From contig JAVZLM010000007.1 of the NCBI GenBank assembly GCA_038883775.1, positions 46,177 to 110,176 of the forward strand: a DNA stretch of 64,000 bases. The letters run 5' to 3'. The translations under genes and the position numbers were made by a program. Positions within the stretch are counted from its first letter, which is position 1. Each line of letters begins with the position of its first letter. The notes below the pieces were generated by a model. It did not search any database, was not told where the DNA came from, and saw only the letters and a list, made by a program, of their open reading frames with translations. Shown here piece after piece: positions 29,037 through 39,151 of this stretch. This DNA comes from Candidatus Bathyarchaeia archaeon (GTDB lineage Archaea; Thermoproteota; Bathyarchaeia; Bathyarchaeales; Bathycorpusculaceae).

Positions 29037-29787
29037 CTAAAATTTGTGGCCGTAACGCCCAGTTAATGGAACGAAGGCTACTCCGCCAAGGTTTTCTTCT
29101 TTAAGTTTTCCATCAGCACTTTTGGTGATTTTTATAAGACTTTGGAATAGTGATATGCTTCCAATGGGAATTAGCATTATTCCGTTTGGCTTCAACTGCT
29201 CAATTAATGGTTTTGGAACTTCTGGCGCAGCAGCGGTTACAAGGATTCTATCGTATGGAGCCTTTTCAACATAGCCCATAGAACCGTCTGCGCAGATTAT
29301 GGTAACACGGTCGCCATAACCATTATTGATAATGTTTTTTCTTGCAAACTCCGCTAATCCCTGAATTATTTCAACAGTATAAACGTGACCCCACTCGCTC
29401 CTTGGCGCATCGCCTGGGGCAATTATCTCAGCTATAGTGGCGGCATGCCACCCCGAACCCGCTCCAATCTCCAACACTTTGTGGCCTATTTCCAATTGGA
29501 GGGCTTCATTCATTATTGAAACCATGTTTCGCCTAGTCCGCAGTTGCGGAGCTATGTGGCGCCGAAATTGTCTGCCCAAAACCAATTGGAAGCGGCGTGT
29601 CCACAGCGCTGTAAGATTGCATGTTCTCTGGAAGAAACTTTGAGCGGGGCACTGAGCGCATGGCTTTGATTACTTTTGGCGAGCGGAGGATGCCTTCCCT
29701 TATTAGGTTTTCAATGAGTTTTTCCCATTCCTTTTTCTCCAATTTTGTAGCACCAAAAAGAAATATTGCGAAGGATGCTTTTAACAC
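29037..29787 (-). pseudogene. pcm: protein-L-isoaspartate O-methyltransferase interrupted by a 28-nt insert (frame-disrupted)
   Basis: ORFs 29533..29787 (...[14 protein letters not shown]) and 29037..29585 (...MVSIMNEALQLEIGHKVLEIGAGSGWHAA...) are the N- and C-parts of one PIMT in different frames. Confidence 0.85.
29526..29553 (-). other. 28-nt insert inside pcm containing an inverted repeat
   Basis: The sense strand reads agctccgcaactgcggactaggcgaaac. Its removal joins ISAPH directly to MVSIMNEAL. The inverted repeat tccgca/tgcgga lies at 29537..29550. Confidence 0.8.
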
Positions 29788-31616
29788 TATTTCACTGTGA
29801 CGGATTTTGCCAAGTTTCTGGGCATGTCTGGGTTGTGTCCCCTTTCAACAGCCATGTAATAAGCCAAGAGTTGAAGCGGAATAATATATGGTATGGGCGA
29901 CAATACTTCTGGAATCCCCATAGGCATTTCAATCCAATCATCCGCCAAACTTTTTATTTCCTCGTCGCCTTCCTCCATAACCGCTATTATTGAGGCGCTT
30001 CTGGCTTTCATTTCCATTATGTTCCCAATTATTGTTTTGTGGGTTTCATCCCTAGGGCAGATGAAAACTACTGGAAAGCCCTCTTCTATAAGGCTTATTG
30101 GACCGTGCTTACTTTCACCAGCTGGGAAAGCGATTGCTGGAACGTAGGCAATTTCCATAAGTTTTAGCCTACCTTCATAAGCTGTGGCTGTGCTTATCCC
30201 ACGCCCTAAGAAAAAGAATGTTTTGGCGTCTTTGTATTTTTTTGCGATTTGCTTCACATTCTCCTCTTGTGTTTGGAGTATTGTTTCAACTGTGTCTGGA
30301 AGTTTCTCCATTTTCTCAGCTAAATAATCCATCTCATCCTGCGAAATTTTGCCTCTCTTCTTGGCGAGCCTCAAGGCTAGTTGAGCCAAAACCGAAAGTT
30401 GTGAAGTGAAAGTTTTTGTTGCTGCTACCCCAATCTCTGGACCAGACTGTTGACCAATGTAAACCCTTGAAACTCTTGTCAAGGTTGAGCCGATAACGTT
30501 GGTTAATCCGAGAATTGTGGCCGCTCTTTGCCTTGCGCAATTAACAGCAGCCAAAGTGTCTGCGGTCTCGCCGGATTGGCTTACTGCCAAAATCGTGCTG
30601 TCAATGTTAACTGATTTGCCATGTTGTTCAATAAATTCTGAGGCTATTACTGGATAGGTTGCCAAAAAGGCAAGTTTAGAAAACATGTAGGATGCAGCCA
30701 AACACGCGTGATAGGATGTTCCGCAAGCCACCAAATAGACTTCGCGGGCACGATCGAGAAAAGTTGCCATCAAATCAAGATAGTGCTCCTGCAATCTTAA
30801 GGTGTTCCGCAAAGTGGCTGGTTGCTCATGAATTTCCTTAAGCATAAAGTGCGGATATCCTTGTTTCACAGCCATCTCAGGCGTCCAATCAATAAGTTTT
30901 GGCTCCCGCACGACAAGGCTGGAATCAGCAATTTTTTTAATCTCAAAACCTTCTAAAGAAAGCGTAACGAGTTCCCCATCATCGATTACGACCGCTTTAT
31001 TGGTTAGTGGCAGAAACGCTGGAATATCAGAAGCGCAGTAAATTGCATTTTCATTTATGCCAACAACTAGTGGGCTCTCATGTCTTGCGCATACTATTTT
31101 GTTTGGTTCCCTCGGCGAAATCACCGCAATAGCATAAGAACCATCAAGCCTTTTAACAGCCTCGAGAACGGCGTCGGCGAGGCTTAAAGATGGATTTATC
31201 TTCAAAATTTCTTCAATGAGATGGGCTGCCACCTCTGTGTCGGTTTTTGATTTAAAAACATGACCGCGATTTTCCAACTCAAGTTTCAATTCGGCAAAAT
31301 TTTCTATAATTCCATTATGAACAATGGCTATTTGCCCACCACAATCCACATGAGGATGCGCATTAACCTTTAAAGGCGCACCATGAGTAGCCCACCTTGT
31401 ATGCCCAATGCCGATGTTTCCAGGCAAATCGTCCAAGTTATGGATTTTGTTAACTTCTTCAATCTTTCCTTGATCCTTCTTTATATAAAGTTTCCCATCA
31501 TATATGGTTGCTTCTCCAACAGAGTCATAGCCACGGTATTCAAGCCTTTTTAAAGCGGCATGAATTATTGGTGCTGCTTTTCCGTTTTTGAGGATACATC
31601 CAAAAATTCCGCACAT
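29787..31616 (-). CDS. glmS: glutamine--fructose-6-phosphate aminotransferase (isomerizing)
   Basis: 609 aa starting MCGIFG (Ntn Cys), with two SIS domains and a C-terminal ...NLAKSVTVK. Confidence 0.95.
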   Translation of the reverse strand: MCGIFGCILKNGKAAPIIHAALKRLEYRGYDSVGEATIYDGKLYIKKDQGKIEEVNKIHNLDDLPGNIGIGHTRWATHGAPLKVNAHPHVDCGGQIAIVHNGIIENFAELKLELENRGHVFKSKTDTEVAAHLIEEILKINPSLSLADAVLEAVKRLDGSYAIAVISPREPNKIVCARHESPLVVGINENAIYCASDIPAFLPLTNKAVVIDDGELVTLSLEGFEIKKIADSSLVVREPKLIDWTPEMAVKQGYPHFMLKEIHEQPATLRNTLRLQEHYLDLMATFLDRAREVYLVACGTSYHACLAASYMFSKLAFLATYPVIASEFIEQHGKSVNIDSTILAVSQSGETADTLAAVNCARQRAATILGLTNVIGSTLTRVSRVYIGQQSGPEIGVAATKTFTSQLSVLAQLALRLAKKRGKISQDEMDYLAEKMEKLPDTVETILQTQEENVKQIAKKYKDAKTFFFLGRGISTATAYEGRLKLMEIAYVPAIAFPAGESKHGPISLIEEGFPVVFICPRDETHKTIIGNIMEMKARSASIIAVMEEGDEEIKSLADDWIEMPMGIPEVLSPIPYIIPLQLLAYYMAVERGHNPDMPRNLAKSVTVK

Positions 31617-31894
31617 CTTTAAGCCTCAATTGCAAGCTTTATTCAAGACTTTCTGGAGGTAATAAGCTTTTTTAGTAATAATTTTCAAGTTCTAAAAATT
31701 TTTTAAGAATAACTCCGCTTTTAAATGTTCAATTTAGGCTTAAATTGCTTTATTTTTTATTAAAAGCTTTAAAAAATTCTTTATAACACAAACATAGTTC
31801 TACGCTTCCTTTGCGATATAAAATTTGTAAGTTTTGTCCGGTTACCGTAATAAAAATTTTAATAATGGGTTAGACTTTATGCTTATGAAAAGCC

Positions 31895-32860
31895 ATGAAC
31901 AAAAAACTATTACTTCAAGAAGAGGGGAAAAAGCAGAAAGCAAAAGAAATAGCCATATTTGAGGATCCTCAAAAGTTAAAAATGATTTTGAATAGGCTTA
32001 GCTGGAAAATTTTGGTTATGCTTTCTGAAAGGGAAATGTATCCGCTGGAAATAGCAAAAAAACTCGGCATCCACGAACAGAAAGTTTATTATCACATAAG
32101 GAAGCTGGTGAGGGCTGGGGCCATAATCATAGCCAAAGAAGAAGAGAAGAAAGGTGCCATAGCAAAATATTACAAGGCTGTTTCGCCAGCCTTTGGAATA
32201 GAACTTCCCCAAGGATACAAAACTTTGGAGAGGCTATCGCTTCCAGTAATTGATGAAAAAATCCAAAAATTCTTCAAAGGATTCATCAAAGAAGACGGCG
32301 CGTTCGAAGGAAAAATAGTTGTTGGAAGCCCCATGCCCCACGGACCCTTCAAAACAAGCGCAAGAGATGGCCATTACGCTTCGCATTTGACATTCTTTTT
32401 GGGGCAATTCGCCAGAATGCCAGAAGATTTCGCCATAAAACTTGATGTGGACGTTAAAGCAGAAAAGGAAGAGAAAAACAACCTAATCCTCGTGGGTGGA
32501 CCTGGAACAAACCTTTTAACGCAAGAGTTGAATGATTATTTGCCAATAAGGTTTAACATGCAACCATCAGAGCAAGGCTTCCTCTTTAGCGGTTTGGTTT
32601 CAAGAAAAACTTCAAATGTTTACACTGCAGATGCGGTAGGTTTAATAGCGAAAATTGTGAACCCATGGGATAATAGTAAGTGGGTCATAGTTTTGGCTGG
32701 GAACAAAGCCGTGGGAACAAAAGCTTGTGTGTTAGCCTTAACAAACTTTTGGAAAAAAACCCTAACGAGTTATGATGGAAAAGATTCTTTTGCAACAGTA
32801 ATTCAGGGATTCGACTTGGACGGTGATGGAAAAGTTGATTCCATAGAAATCCTTGAGTAA
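31895..32860 (+). CDS. ArsR-like winged-helix protein fused to a large C-terminal domain of unknown function
   Basis: wHTH region LSWKILVMLSEREMYPLEIAKKLGIHEQKVYYHIRKL followed by a ~220 aa domain (..LILVGGPGTNLLT..VIVLAGNKAVGT..). Confidence 0.6.
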   Translation: MNKKLLLQEEGKKQKAKEIAIFEDPQKLKMILNRLSWKILVMLSEREMYPLEIAKKLGIHEQKVYYHIRKLVRAGAIIIAKEEEKKGAIAKYYKAVSPAFGIELPQGYKTLERLSLPVIDEKIQKFFKGFIKEDGAFEGKIVVGSPMPHGPFKTSARDGHYASHLTFFLGQFARMPEDFAIKLDVDVKAEKEEKNNLILVGGPGTNLLTQELNDYLPIRFNMQPSEQGFLFSGLVSRKTSNVYTADAVGLIAKIVNPWDNSKWVIVLAGNKAVGTKACVLALTNFWKKTLTSYDGKDSFATVIQGFDLDGDGKVDSIEILE

Positions 32861-32878
32861 TTTTGCGGAAGGATAAAA

Positions 32879-33325
32879 ATGGTAACCGTTAGAGTGGCTA
32901 CTTTAAAAGATTTAGAGGACATTTTAGAGTTGGAAAGGGGAGATGGTCAGCCTACAAAAGAGGATTTGAAAGTTTTATTTGGATTAGATAACCCAAATGA
33001 AAAATGTTACCTTTTTGTAGCAGAACAAGAAGGCAAAATTTTGGGCTATTCCCGCATGCATTTTTACAGATGGAATAACAGCGCTTATATCATTACAATT
33101 CTCGTAGATGCTAAATACAGACGTAAAGGCATAGGAACCAGCTTGCTAAAATTCATGGAAAACTTCGCAAGAGAAAAAAGAGCCCGAATTTTACTCTTTG
33201 ACACCTCAACCGATAATACTCCAGCCCTACAACTTTACTTCAAAAATGGCTTCAGAATATGCGGATACAACGACAAGATTTACGAAAATGGAAAGATAGC
33301 TCTCTATCTCGCAAAAGAACTGTAA
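32879..33325 (+). CDS. GNAT-family N-acetyltransferase
   Basis: 148 aa with the acetyl-CoA motif A region RRKGIGTSLL and the C-terminal NTPALQLYFKNGF. Confidence 0.8.
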   Translation: MVTVRVATLKDLEDILELERGDGQPTKEDLKVLFGLDNPNEKCYLFVAEQEGKILGYSRMHFYRWNNSAYIITILVDAKYRRKGIGTSLLKFMENFAREKRARILLFDTSTDNTPALQLYFKNGFRICGYNDKIYENGKIALYLAKEL

Positions 33326-33347
33326 TAGCGACACATGGAGAACTCCA

Positions 33348-33800
33348 ATGGATAAGGTTATTATTAGAAAAATGCATGAAAAGGACCTACCAGTGGTTTC
33401 AGAACTCGCCATGTTAGCAAATCCCCACGCAACAAAGGAAAAATATAGAAAACATATCTTAAATGAATTGAAGGAAAATCCGGACTTATCCTTCGTAGCT
33501 GTCTATGATGGAAAAGTTGTGGGGTATGCACAAGCCGACTTGTGCAATGATGAGGCTGTGCTTGAGGATATAGTGGTTGACAAACAATATCAAGGAAAAG
33601 GCATAGGAAAAATGCTGTTAGACAGGGAGTTGAAGGCCATAAAAAAGAAGAGAGTGAAAACGGTTTTGGCTGAGGTTCACTATAAATGTGCTTCCGCCAT
33701 CCCCTTCTATTACAAGCATAATTTTCGCATTTCAGCATTCAGAAGAGACTACTTCGGAGAAGGACACGACGCAATAATACTAAAACTAGTTTTAAAATAA
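33348..33800 (+). CDS. GNAT-family N-acetyltransferase (RimI-like)
   Basis: 150 aa with VDKQYQGKGIGKMLL and ...AIPFYYKHNF. Confidence 0.8.
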   Translation: MDKVIIRKMHEKDLPVVSELAMLANPHATKEKYRKHILNELKENPDLSFVAVYDGKVVGYAQADLCNDEAVLEDIVVDKQYQGKGIGKMLLDRELKAIKKKRVKTVLAEVHYKCASAIPFYYKHNFRISAFRRDYFGEGHDAIILKLVLK

Positions 33801-33816
33801 ACCTTTGAGGCTTCTT

Positions 33817-34242
33817 ATGGAAATAAAAGAAGTTGTTTTCGCTTACGGACACAAAAACATCCAAGCCACCCATCCAACAACTCTGGAAATAACTAAAGAA
33901 AAGAGGCTATCAAAAAAGGGAGACTGTATTATTGCTGTTTTGGCTGATAAGGCTCTGGCGGATTTGAGCGCTGAATTTAAGGATTTTTTGCGCAGAGAAA
34001 ATGCCAGAATAAGTTTACTGATTGAAGCGGGAGAAGCTGCTGATGTTGTGAATGCTTTTGGAAATCCAAAGCTGATTTTGACGCACCCTACGGACATGGT
34101 TGTAAGAAAAAGCGGTTACATTTGCAACCGAACATTGGCAATCCAAGCAGATAAGGCAGCAATCAACTTATCCAGAAAACTTGTAGAGAAACTGAAAAAT
34201 TCAAAACAGAAAGTGAAAATAACGCTAACGGTAAAGGTTTAG
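33817..34242 (+). CDS. DUF371-family protein
   Basis: MEIKEVVFAYGHKNIQATHPTTLEITKEKRLSKKGDCIIAV resembles archaeal DUF371 proteins. ATG at 33817 chosen over the TTG at 33805. Confidence 0.6.
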   Translation: MEIKEVVFAYGHKNIQATHPTTLEITKEKRLSKKGDCIIAVLADKALADLSAEFKDFLRRENARISLLIEAGEAADVVNAFGNPKLILTHPTDMVVRKSGYICNRTLAIQADKAAINLSRKLVEKLKNSKQKVKITLTVKV

Positions 34243-35315
34243 AAAATTTTTGCGTCTATCACGGCTTGCCATTCATATGGGGCTGTTGCCCGAACAAACC
34301 GAGAAAACAAAACCTCCACTTTTCTTCCACATTTTTTGACAGCTTCAATGAGTTTAAGTTTCACATTTTCTAAAGAGCCAGAACCGCCAACAAAAGTGTA
34401 AAAGTGGATTATGCCACCCGCGGGCTTTAGCGCCTTACATGCAACATCCACAAACTCCATGGCTTTTTCAGGCAAATTCATTATAATACGATCTGCCATC
34501 CCCAAAAGTTTTTCTTCAACAACTTGTCTTGCATCGCCAAAAATTGGATGGACCTTGCCCTCAACCCTGTTAAGCCTAATATTTTTCTGCAAAAACTCTA
34601 TGGCGTGGGAGTTCATGTCTATGGCATAAACTTTCACATTTTCATGTATTTTTGCAATTAATATTGCAAATGGACCAACACCAGAAAACATGTCTATGAC
34701 GGTTTCGCCTTCCTTAACTAAAGAGGCAATTCTATTATGCTCATAGGATAGGCGTGGGGAAAAGTAGGCTTTTGCAAGGTCCACATAAAATTGGCAACCA
34801 TGTTCCTTGTGAACTGTTTCTGTTTTTGGTTTGCCAGCAATCACGCTGAATTCTCTTAGACGATAAGTTCCAGAAACTGCACCAACTTTAGCAAGAACAG
34901 TCTGCACACTTTTATGTGTTTTAAGAATTGCCTCGCCGACCAGAGTCTTATATGCTTCAAGTTCTGGCGGAATCTCGATTATGGCTATGTCGCCAACAAA
35001 ATCTAATGCCCTTGGCAAACTAGCCAACAAATGGGGAGGAAGCTTATCCTCCAACAGGTCGGTAAAGGCTACTTGCCTTTTTCTTTCATGAAAAATTTCA
35101 GTTGAGATTTCACAGTTTGGAAGCTGTTCTCTTAAAGTTTTTAATTCTTCTTCTGAAGGTTGACGGTTAAGCGGAACATAACTGAATGCTTCATCTCTTT
35201 TAATTTCCAATTCTTTGTCAACGATTTCAAGTTTGTTGGCTAAGATTATGGCTTTCTCGCCAAAGTTTTTCAGAACCTTTAAACACGTAGATTTTTTCTC
35301 AACAACATTTGCCAT
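34239..35315 (-). CDS. trm5: tRNA (guanine37-N1)-methyltransferase Trm5 family
   Basis: Class I SAM-MTase core VIDMFSGVGPFAI...NLP. The N-terminal D1/D2 region resembles archaeal Trm5. Start taken at MANVVEKK; the ORF extends to 35351. Confidence 0.78.
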   Translation of the reverse strand: MANVVEKKSTCLKVLKNFGEKAIILANKLEIVDKELEIKRDEAFSYVPLNRQPSEEELKTLREQLPNCEISTEIFHERKRQVAFTDLLEDKLPPHLLASLPRALDFVGDIAIIEIPPELEAYKTLVGEAILKTHKSVQTVLAKVGAVSGTYRLREFSVIAGKPKTETVHKEHGCQFYVDLAKAYFSPRLSYEHNRIASLVKEGETVIDMFSGVGPFAILIAKIHENVKVYAIDMNSHAIEFLQKNIRLNRVEGKVHPIFGDARQVVEEKLLGMADRIIMNLPEKAMEFVDVACKALKPAGGIIHFYTFVGGSGSLENVKLKLIEAVKKCGRKVEVLFSRFVRATAPYEWQAVIDAKIF

Positions 35316-35377
35316 ACTGTTTCCACTAATAGTTTTGTAGTGAAACAACATAAACTTATTCAGCCATTAAAATTAGC

Positions 35378-35584
35378 CTACTTTTCCTTTGCACTAATTA
35401 AAGTCTTAGGGACTACTTCTAAACCTACTACATTCTGCTGTGGTTTTTCTACATTTTTAAGAAGCCACTCTGTCAGTTTTTGGCATTCGTTGGGATTGCA
35501 GTATAGGCTGCCTTGTTTTATTGGCTCCCAAAACAAGCATTTGAAGCATGGAATTTCTGTTAAAATTTCCACGTCAGCATGCAT
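35378..35584 (-). CDS. hypothetical small Cys-containing protein (68 aa)
   Basis: The only plausible ORF in a 330-nt gap. It has four Cys (CFKC..x17..C..x4..C) followed by a helix-like tail. No obvious SD. Confidence 0.35.
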   Translation of the reverse strand: MHADVEILTEIPCFKCLFWEPIKQGSLYCNPNECQKLTEWLLKNVEKPQQNVVGLEVVPKTLISAKEK

Positions 35585-35682
35585 TGGACATCGTGAATAG
35601 GAGAAACATACTGCTTAAACTTATAGGTTATGAATTGGCATGTATTACTTAGCTTAATAATCGAGGCTTCTGATTCCAATTC

Positions 35683-37086
35683 TTACTCTGAAAGAAAGTT
35701 TTGATGCGCAATTATGCTTGCCTTTCCCTTAACAATTTCAAAAAGCCTTTTACTTATGAAGCCATTTTCTAAAGCTTTCTCAAGTTTTTCTACATCCAAA
35801 ATCTGAATGGAGCCGTTTGGTTTGACGCAAACATCAACCTCCAAATCCACATAACGTATGGCGTGCGGATAAACTTCCACTGGTGTGTTCAAGTTTATGT
35901 ATGTTCCTTTTAGCTCACCTTTAGGGGAGAAATATTTTGTTGTGATGTGCCATTCGCCAAGTTTTGTTTCGCTTAAGGCTGTATCACCAGCTTCTTTTTT
36001 AACGCCAAGTCCATCATAGAAACCATCACTTCGTATTGTTCGCTTAAACCTTAACTCTTTATTGTTTAGGGCGTCTATGGTTGCTTGTCCAAGATGGAAA
36101 ACAATTCCGCTGAGCTTAACATGCTCAACATTCACAACAGAGTCTTCTTCTGGAAACTCGTAAAAAATCTGCTCTCTGAAGAATTTCTCCACGTTTTCCC
36201 GCTCTTCGCCTTCTTCTAAAAGCCTCTCCGCCATTTCCAAAGCTGAAGAAACCTTTCCGCCACAACTCTTATAGAAATGATGCCCATCCAAGGTTAGGGT
36301 TGCGAAAGCCCTCAGCCTATCCATGCCTTTTTTGGAAAAGTAGGGAAATTCTACATCCATAAAGTATAAGCCATCAACCAAGAGCGCTGGAGCTTCTGCA
36401 GATGAAACCATTCTCTCTTTTAAAGTTTCAACTTTATTCGTAAGCATTCTTATTTCGTTTTCCAAAACTTCTCTCGACTGGTTTGCGGATGTTTCACGCC
36501 AAATAATCCCCCAACCATTTGGTGCAAGAGACTTTCCAAGAGCATAAAGTTCCGCTCGTTTGTGCAAATCTCTGATTTTTAGGCTTACGCCGACCTTGCT
36601 GTTTTGGGCTAGGATGGCGTAGTTTCCAATAATCTTCAAATTTGTTGTCAAGATGGGCTGTTTTGCGCCAATTTTTTTCCTTTCAACCTGAACCGTTAAT
36701 TGTTTCTCGTTGGCATATGCAATTTCAGATTTGGGAAGTCGCCCAACTATGCCATTGCCAATGTTAACGTAAGCGCCATACTCATCGGAACCCACAACAT
36801 TTCCACGGTATATCCCGTCAACGCTAACAAGCCATCTTCGAGTTATAATGTCATCAAAGCAAGAGTGTAAAATAGAGTGAAGCTTGTTTACCGCTTCAAG
36901 TGTTCCCAGAATTCTTATGCCTTGCAAATCATACCTATCCTTAATTTTCAAGTCTGGAGGGGCAAAATTATCATTAAGCCCAAAACGTTTCTTTATGGCT
37001 AAAGAAGGGTTAACTATTTCAAAGCCATTTTCCAAGAGAAGCTTGGTTAAGGCGGTTGTGTAAATTCCCCTAACATTAGCCCTCAA
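35683..37086 (-). CDS. fau-1: RNA-binding protein FAU-1 (RNase E/G-like)
   Basis: 467 aa starting MRANVRGIYTTALTKLLLENGFEIV, with an S1-like segment. It resembles archaeal FAU-1. Confidence 0.78.
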   Translation of the reverse strand: MRANVRGIYTTALTKLLLENGFEIVNPSLAIKKRFGLNDNFAPPDLKIKDRYDLQGIRILGTLEAVNKLHSILHSCFDDIITRRWLVSVDGIYRGNVVGSDEYGAYVNIGNGIVGRLPKSEIAYANEKQLTVQVERKKIGAKQPILTTNLKIIGNYAILAQNSKVGVSLKIRDLHKRAELYALGKSLAPNGWGIIWRETSANQSREVLENEIRMLTNKVETLKERMVSSAEAPALLVDGLYFMDVEFPYFSKKGMDRLRAFATLTLDGHHFYKSCGGKVSSALEMAERLLEEGEERENVEKFFREQIFYEFPEEDSVVNVEHVKLSGIVFHLGQATIDALNNKELRFKRTIRSDGFYDGLGVKKEAGDTALSETKLGEWHITTKYFSPKGELKGTYINLNTPVEVYPHAIRYVDLEVDVCVKPNGSIQILDVEKLEKALENGFISKRLFEIVKGKASIIAHQNFLSE

Positions 37087-37106
37087 GATTTATTCTCCTT
37101 CGCCTT

Positions 37107-38144
37107 TCAATCAACCTTCTCAATTTTGTAAAGCCCACCAACTTTGTTAACTTGGAATTTTACATTCAAGATTTTTTCTGCAAGCCAAATATTTGTTTCC
37201 AAATGATCAGAAAGCGCTCTTGTAAAGTATAGGGAACTACCTTCAGCTAAGGCAATGTAAGGCACAAGCATATCAGCCAAATGCACATCCACAGTTGGTT
37301 TAGCAGAAATCTCCATGTAAAGTTTTTCGGCAGCCTCTCGCCCCACAGTTTCGCTTGGCTTTCTTAGTTCGCCGATGGCATCAGCCCCCAAAATTGCGTT
37401 TGTGTCCGTTTCAGCCCACAAGACAATGGAGCTTCCCTTCTGCAGAGGGTTTGACTCATCGTTTACTAGCTGGATATCTGCTGCATAGCCCTTCTCCCTT
37501 AAATATTCATTAGAGGCTTTTGCTTGACGTTCAGCAACCTTCCTATCCGCCAAGAAGGTGCAAACCGAAACGCCACGTATCATTTTTATTTTGCCAAAAT
37601 CTTTCAAAACTAAAGGTTTTAGATGTTTACATGGCTCAACTGTTATGGTTATTTCGCCCATGCCTTTCGGATAATAGCCATACTTATGAACGGTTAAAGT
37701 GGCATTCACTCCCATTCGCTTAAGTGTTGGCAGAAGTACGCAACGTATATAATTGATTGTAGGCGAGTTGGAAACATCTGTTCCGCCCCTTAAGACGTGC
37801 AAGTGAACAGTGTTTTCTGCAAAGGCACATATGGGCAGGATTGTCATTAGAAGCATTGGGATACTTCCAGCTGTGCCAATTTCCGCCTTAACCCTTCCAC
37901 CCCTAACTGTTTTGGGTTTAAACCAAAGCTCCCTTGAGTTAAGCTCTGCGCCTTCCACTTCTGCGTCGCAAAGTTTGGCGGCTGTTAAAACTGCTTCTAA
38001 ATGTTGGGGTCTTAATCCTGGTTGTGGTCTTCTTTGTCTAATGTTGTAAATGTGAAGGTTTTCGCCTAGGATGGCGGCTAAGGCAACGGACAACCTGAGA
38101 ATTGTGCCGCTTCCACTTTTTTGGCTTCCATCGATTTCAATCAC
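37107..38144 (-). CDS. rtcA: RNA 3'-terminal phosphate cyclase
   Basis: 345 aa starting MIEIDGSQKSGSGTILRLSVALA, with the block containing HLADMLVPY. Confidence 0.9.
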   Translation of the reverse strand: MIEIDGSQKSGSGTILRLSVALAAILGENLHIYNIRQRRPQPGLRPQHLEAVLTAAKLCDAEVEGAELNSRELWFKPKTVRGGRVKAEIGTAGSIPMLLMTILPICAFAENTVHLHVLRGGTDVSNSPTINYIRCVLLPTLKRMGVNATLTVHKYGYYPKGMGEITITVEPCKHLKPLVLKDFGKIKMIRGVSVCTFLADRKVAERQAKASNEYLREKGYAADIQLVNDESNPLQKGSSIVLWAETDTNAILGADAIGELRKPSETVGREAAEKLYMEISAKPTVDVHLADMLVPYIALAEGSSLYFTRALSDHLETNIWLAEKILNVKFQVNKVGGLYKIEKVD

Positions 38145-38245
38145 TTGTTTAGGCGCTCCTTTATCCGCCCTTAAGTCGTTCTATTAAAGGATGAAAAACA
38201 ATTAATAAATGCGTATAGTATTAAAATTTGGAATAGGGAAAACGT

Positions 38246-38656
38246 ATGAGCGAAGAAAGGAGAATCCTCGAAAAGCTTGTGGAAAGAATTGACGAGCTTC
38301 TCGTGGTTCTAAATAGAGTCACAGAAGACTTGAGGGAAGTTTCAACAGCCCTAAAATCTATAGTCATCTCCCACTTAGCACAACCACCAACAACACCAAT
38401 CCCGACACCCACGTCCATAACTCAGAAACCTCCAGAAAGATTGCAAGGAATAGATGACATAAAAATGATGTTTCCAGAAGAATTAGAGAACTTATTAAAT
38501 TTTGAAGAAAAGGACGATTACATAATAATAAAGCCCCGACAGTTTTTGGGTTCTGAAAATTTCGCCAAAATAGCCTCTGTAGTGCGTGGAATAGGAGGCG
38601 ACTACATAAGCGCAGGAAAAGCATCCCATTTCAGAGTGCCAAGAAAAAGAACTTAA
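38246..38656 (+). CDS. hypothetical protein (coiled-coil N-terminus, Pro/Thr-rich linker, small C-domain)
   Basis: 136 aa with a PPTTPIPTPTSITQKPP linker. No family recognised. Confidence 0.5.
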   Translation: MSEERRILEKLVERIDELLVVLNRVTEDLREVSTALKSIVISHLAQPPTTPIPTPTSITQKPPERLQGIDDIKMMFPEELENLLNFEEKDDYIIIKPRQFLGSENFAKIASVVRGIGGDYISAGKASHFRVPRKRT

Positions 38657-38723
38657 CCAAAATTGAAAAGCAACCAGCCATTTTGGATGTCATACTATCT
38701 ACTTCAGATGCTTTCAAAGAATG

Positions 38724-39011
38724 TCAGAGGTGATACCCGTATCTTATTTCAAAATCCTTAAACTCACCCGTATACGTTTCCCAGCGAACGTCTACGTTTG
38801 TGACTCTTGCGCCGGATGGTCCACGCCTGCAGAAGTTTATGAGTTCTTTAACTTTTTCTTCTTCTCCTTCGAAAACGGCTTCAACTCTGCCGTCTGGCAA
38901 GTTGCGAACCCAACCTGTCACTCCGCGTTTTTTGGCTTCATATCGTGTTTCTGACCTGAAGAAGACGCCTTGCACCATGCCGCTAACAAGTACGTGCGCC
39001 CGAATTTTCAT
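38724..39011 (-). CDS. acyP: acylphosphatase
   Basis: 95 aa with [41 protein letters not shown], the classic AcyP signature. Confidence 0.9.
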   Translation of the reverse strand: MKIRAHVLVSGMVQGVFFRSETRYEAKKRGVTGWVRNLPDGRVEAVFEGEEEKVKELINFCRRGPSGARVTNVDVRWETYTGEFKDFEIRYGYHL

Positions 39012-39151
39012 GGGAATTCGCCCTTGAAATTTTATGATTTTGAGGGTTTATGAGTTTTCACTTTAACTCATCTCTCTCCACTTTTGGCAAGAGTTGTTGT
39101 AACACTTGCTTTAAAAATGGTTTGGAGCAGTTGGAATTTTGGTGATTTAAA

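Noticed and set aside
29500-29580. Canonical bulge-helix-bulge intron at the pcm insert
   Set aside because: I tested both frame-restoring splice positions. The 4 nt following each putative 5' bulge (gctc or ctcc) do not pair with the start of the 3' exon (tggt / ggtt). The 3-nt bulges I can draw (cgg, aca) lie on the same strand. It is kept only as a relaxed-motif hypothesis in the findings.
35340-35600. 86-aa plus-strand ORF in the trm5/fau-1 gap
   Set aside because: It overlaps the trm5 start region and has Phe/Ser/Cys-rich low-complexity composition. The opposite-strand 68-aa ORF looks more protein-like, though it is still uncertain.
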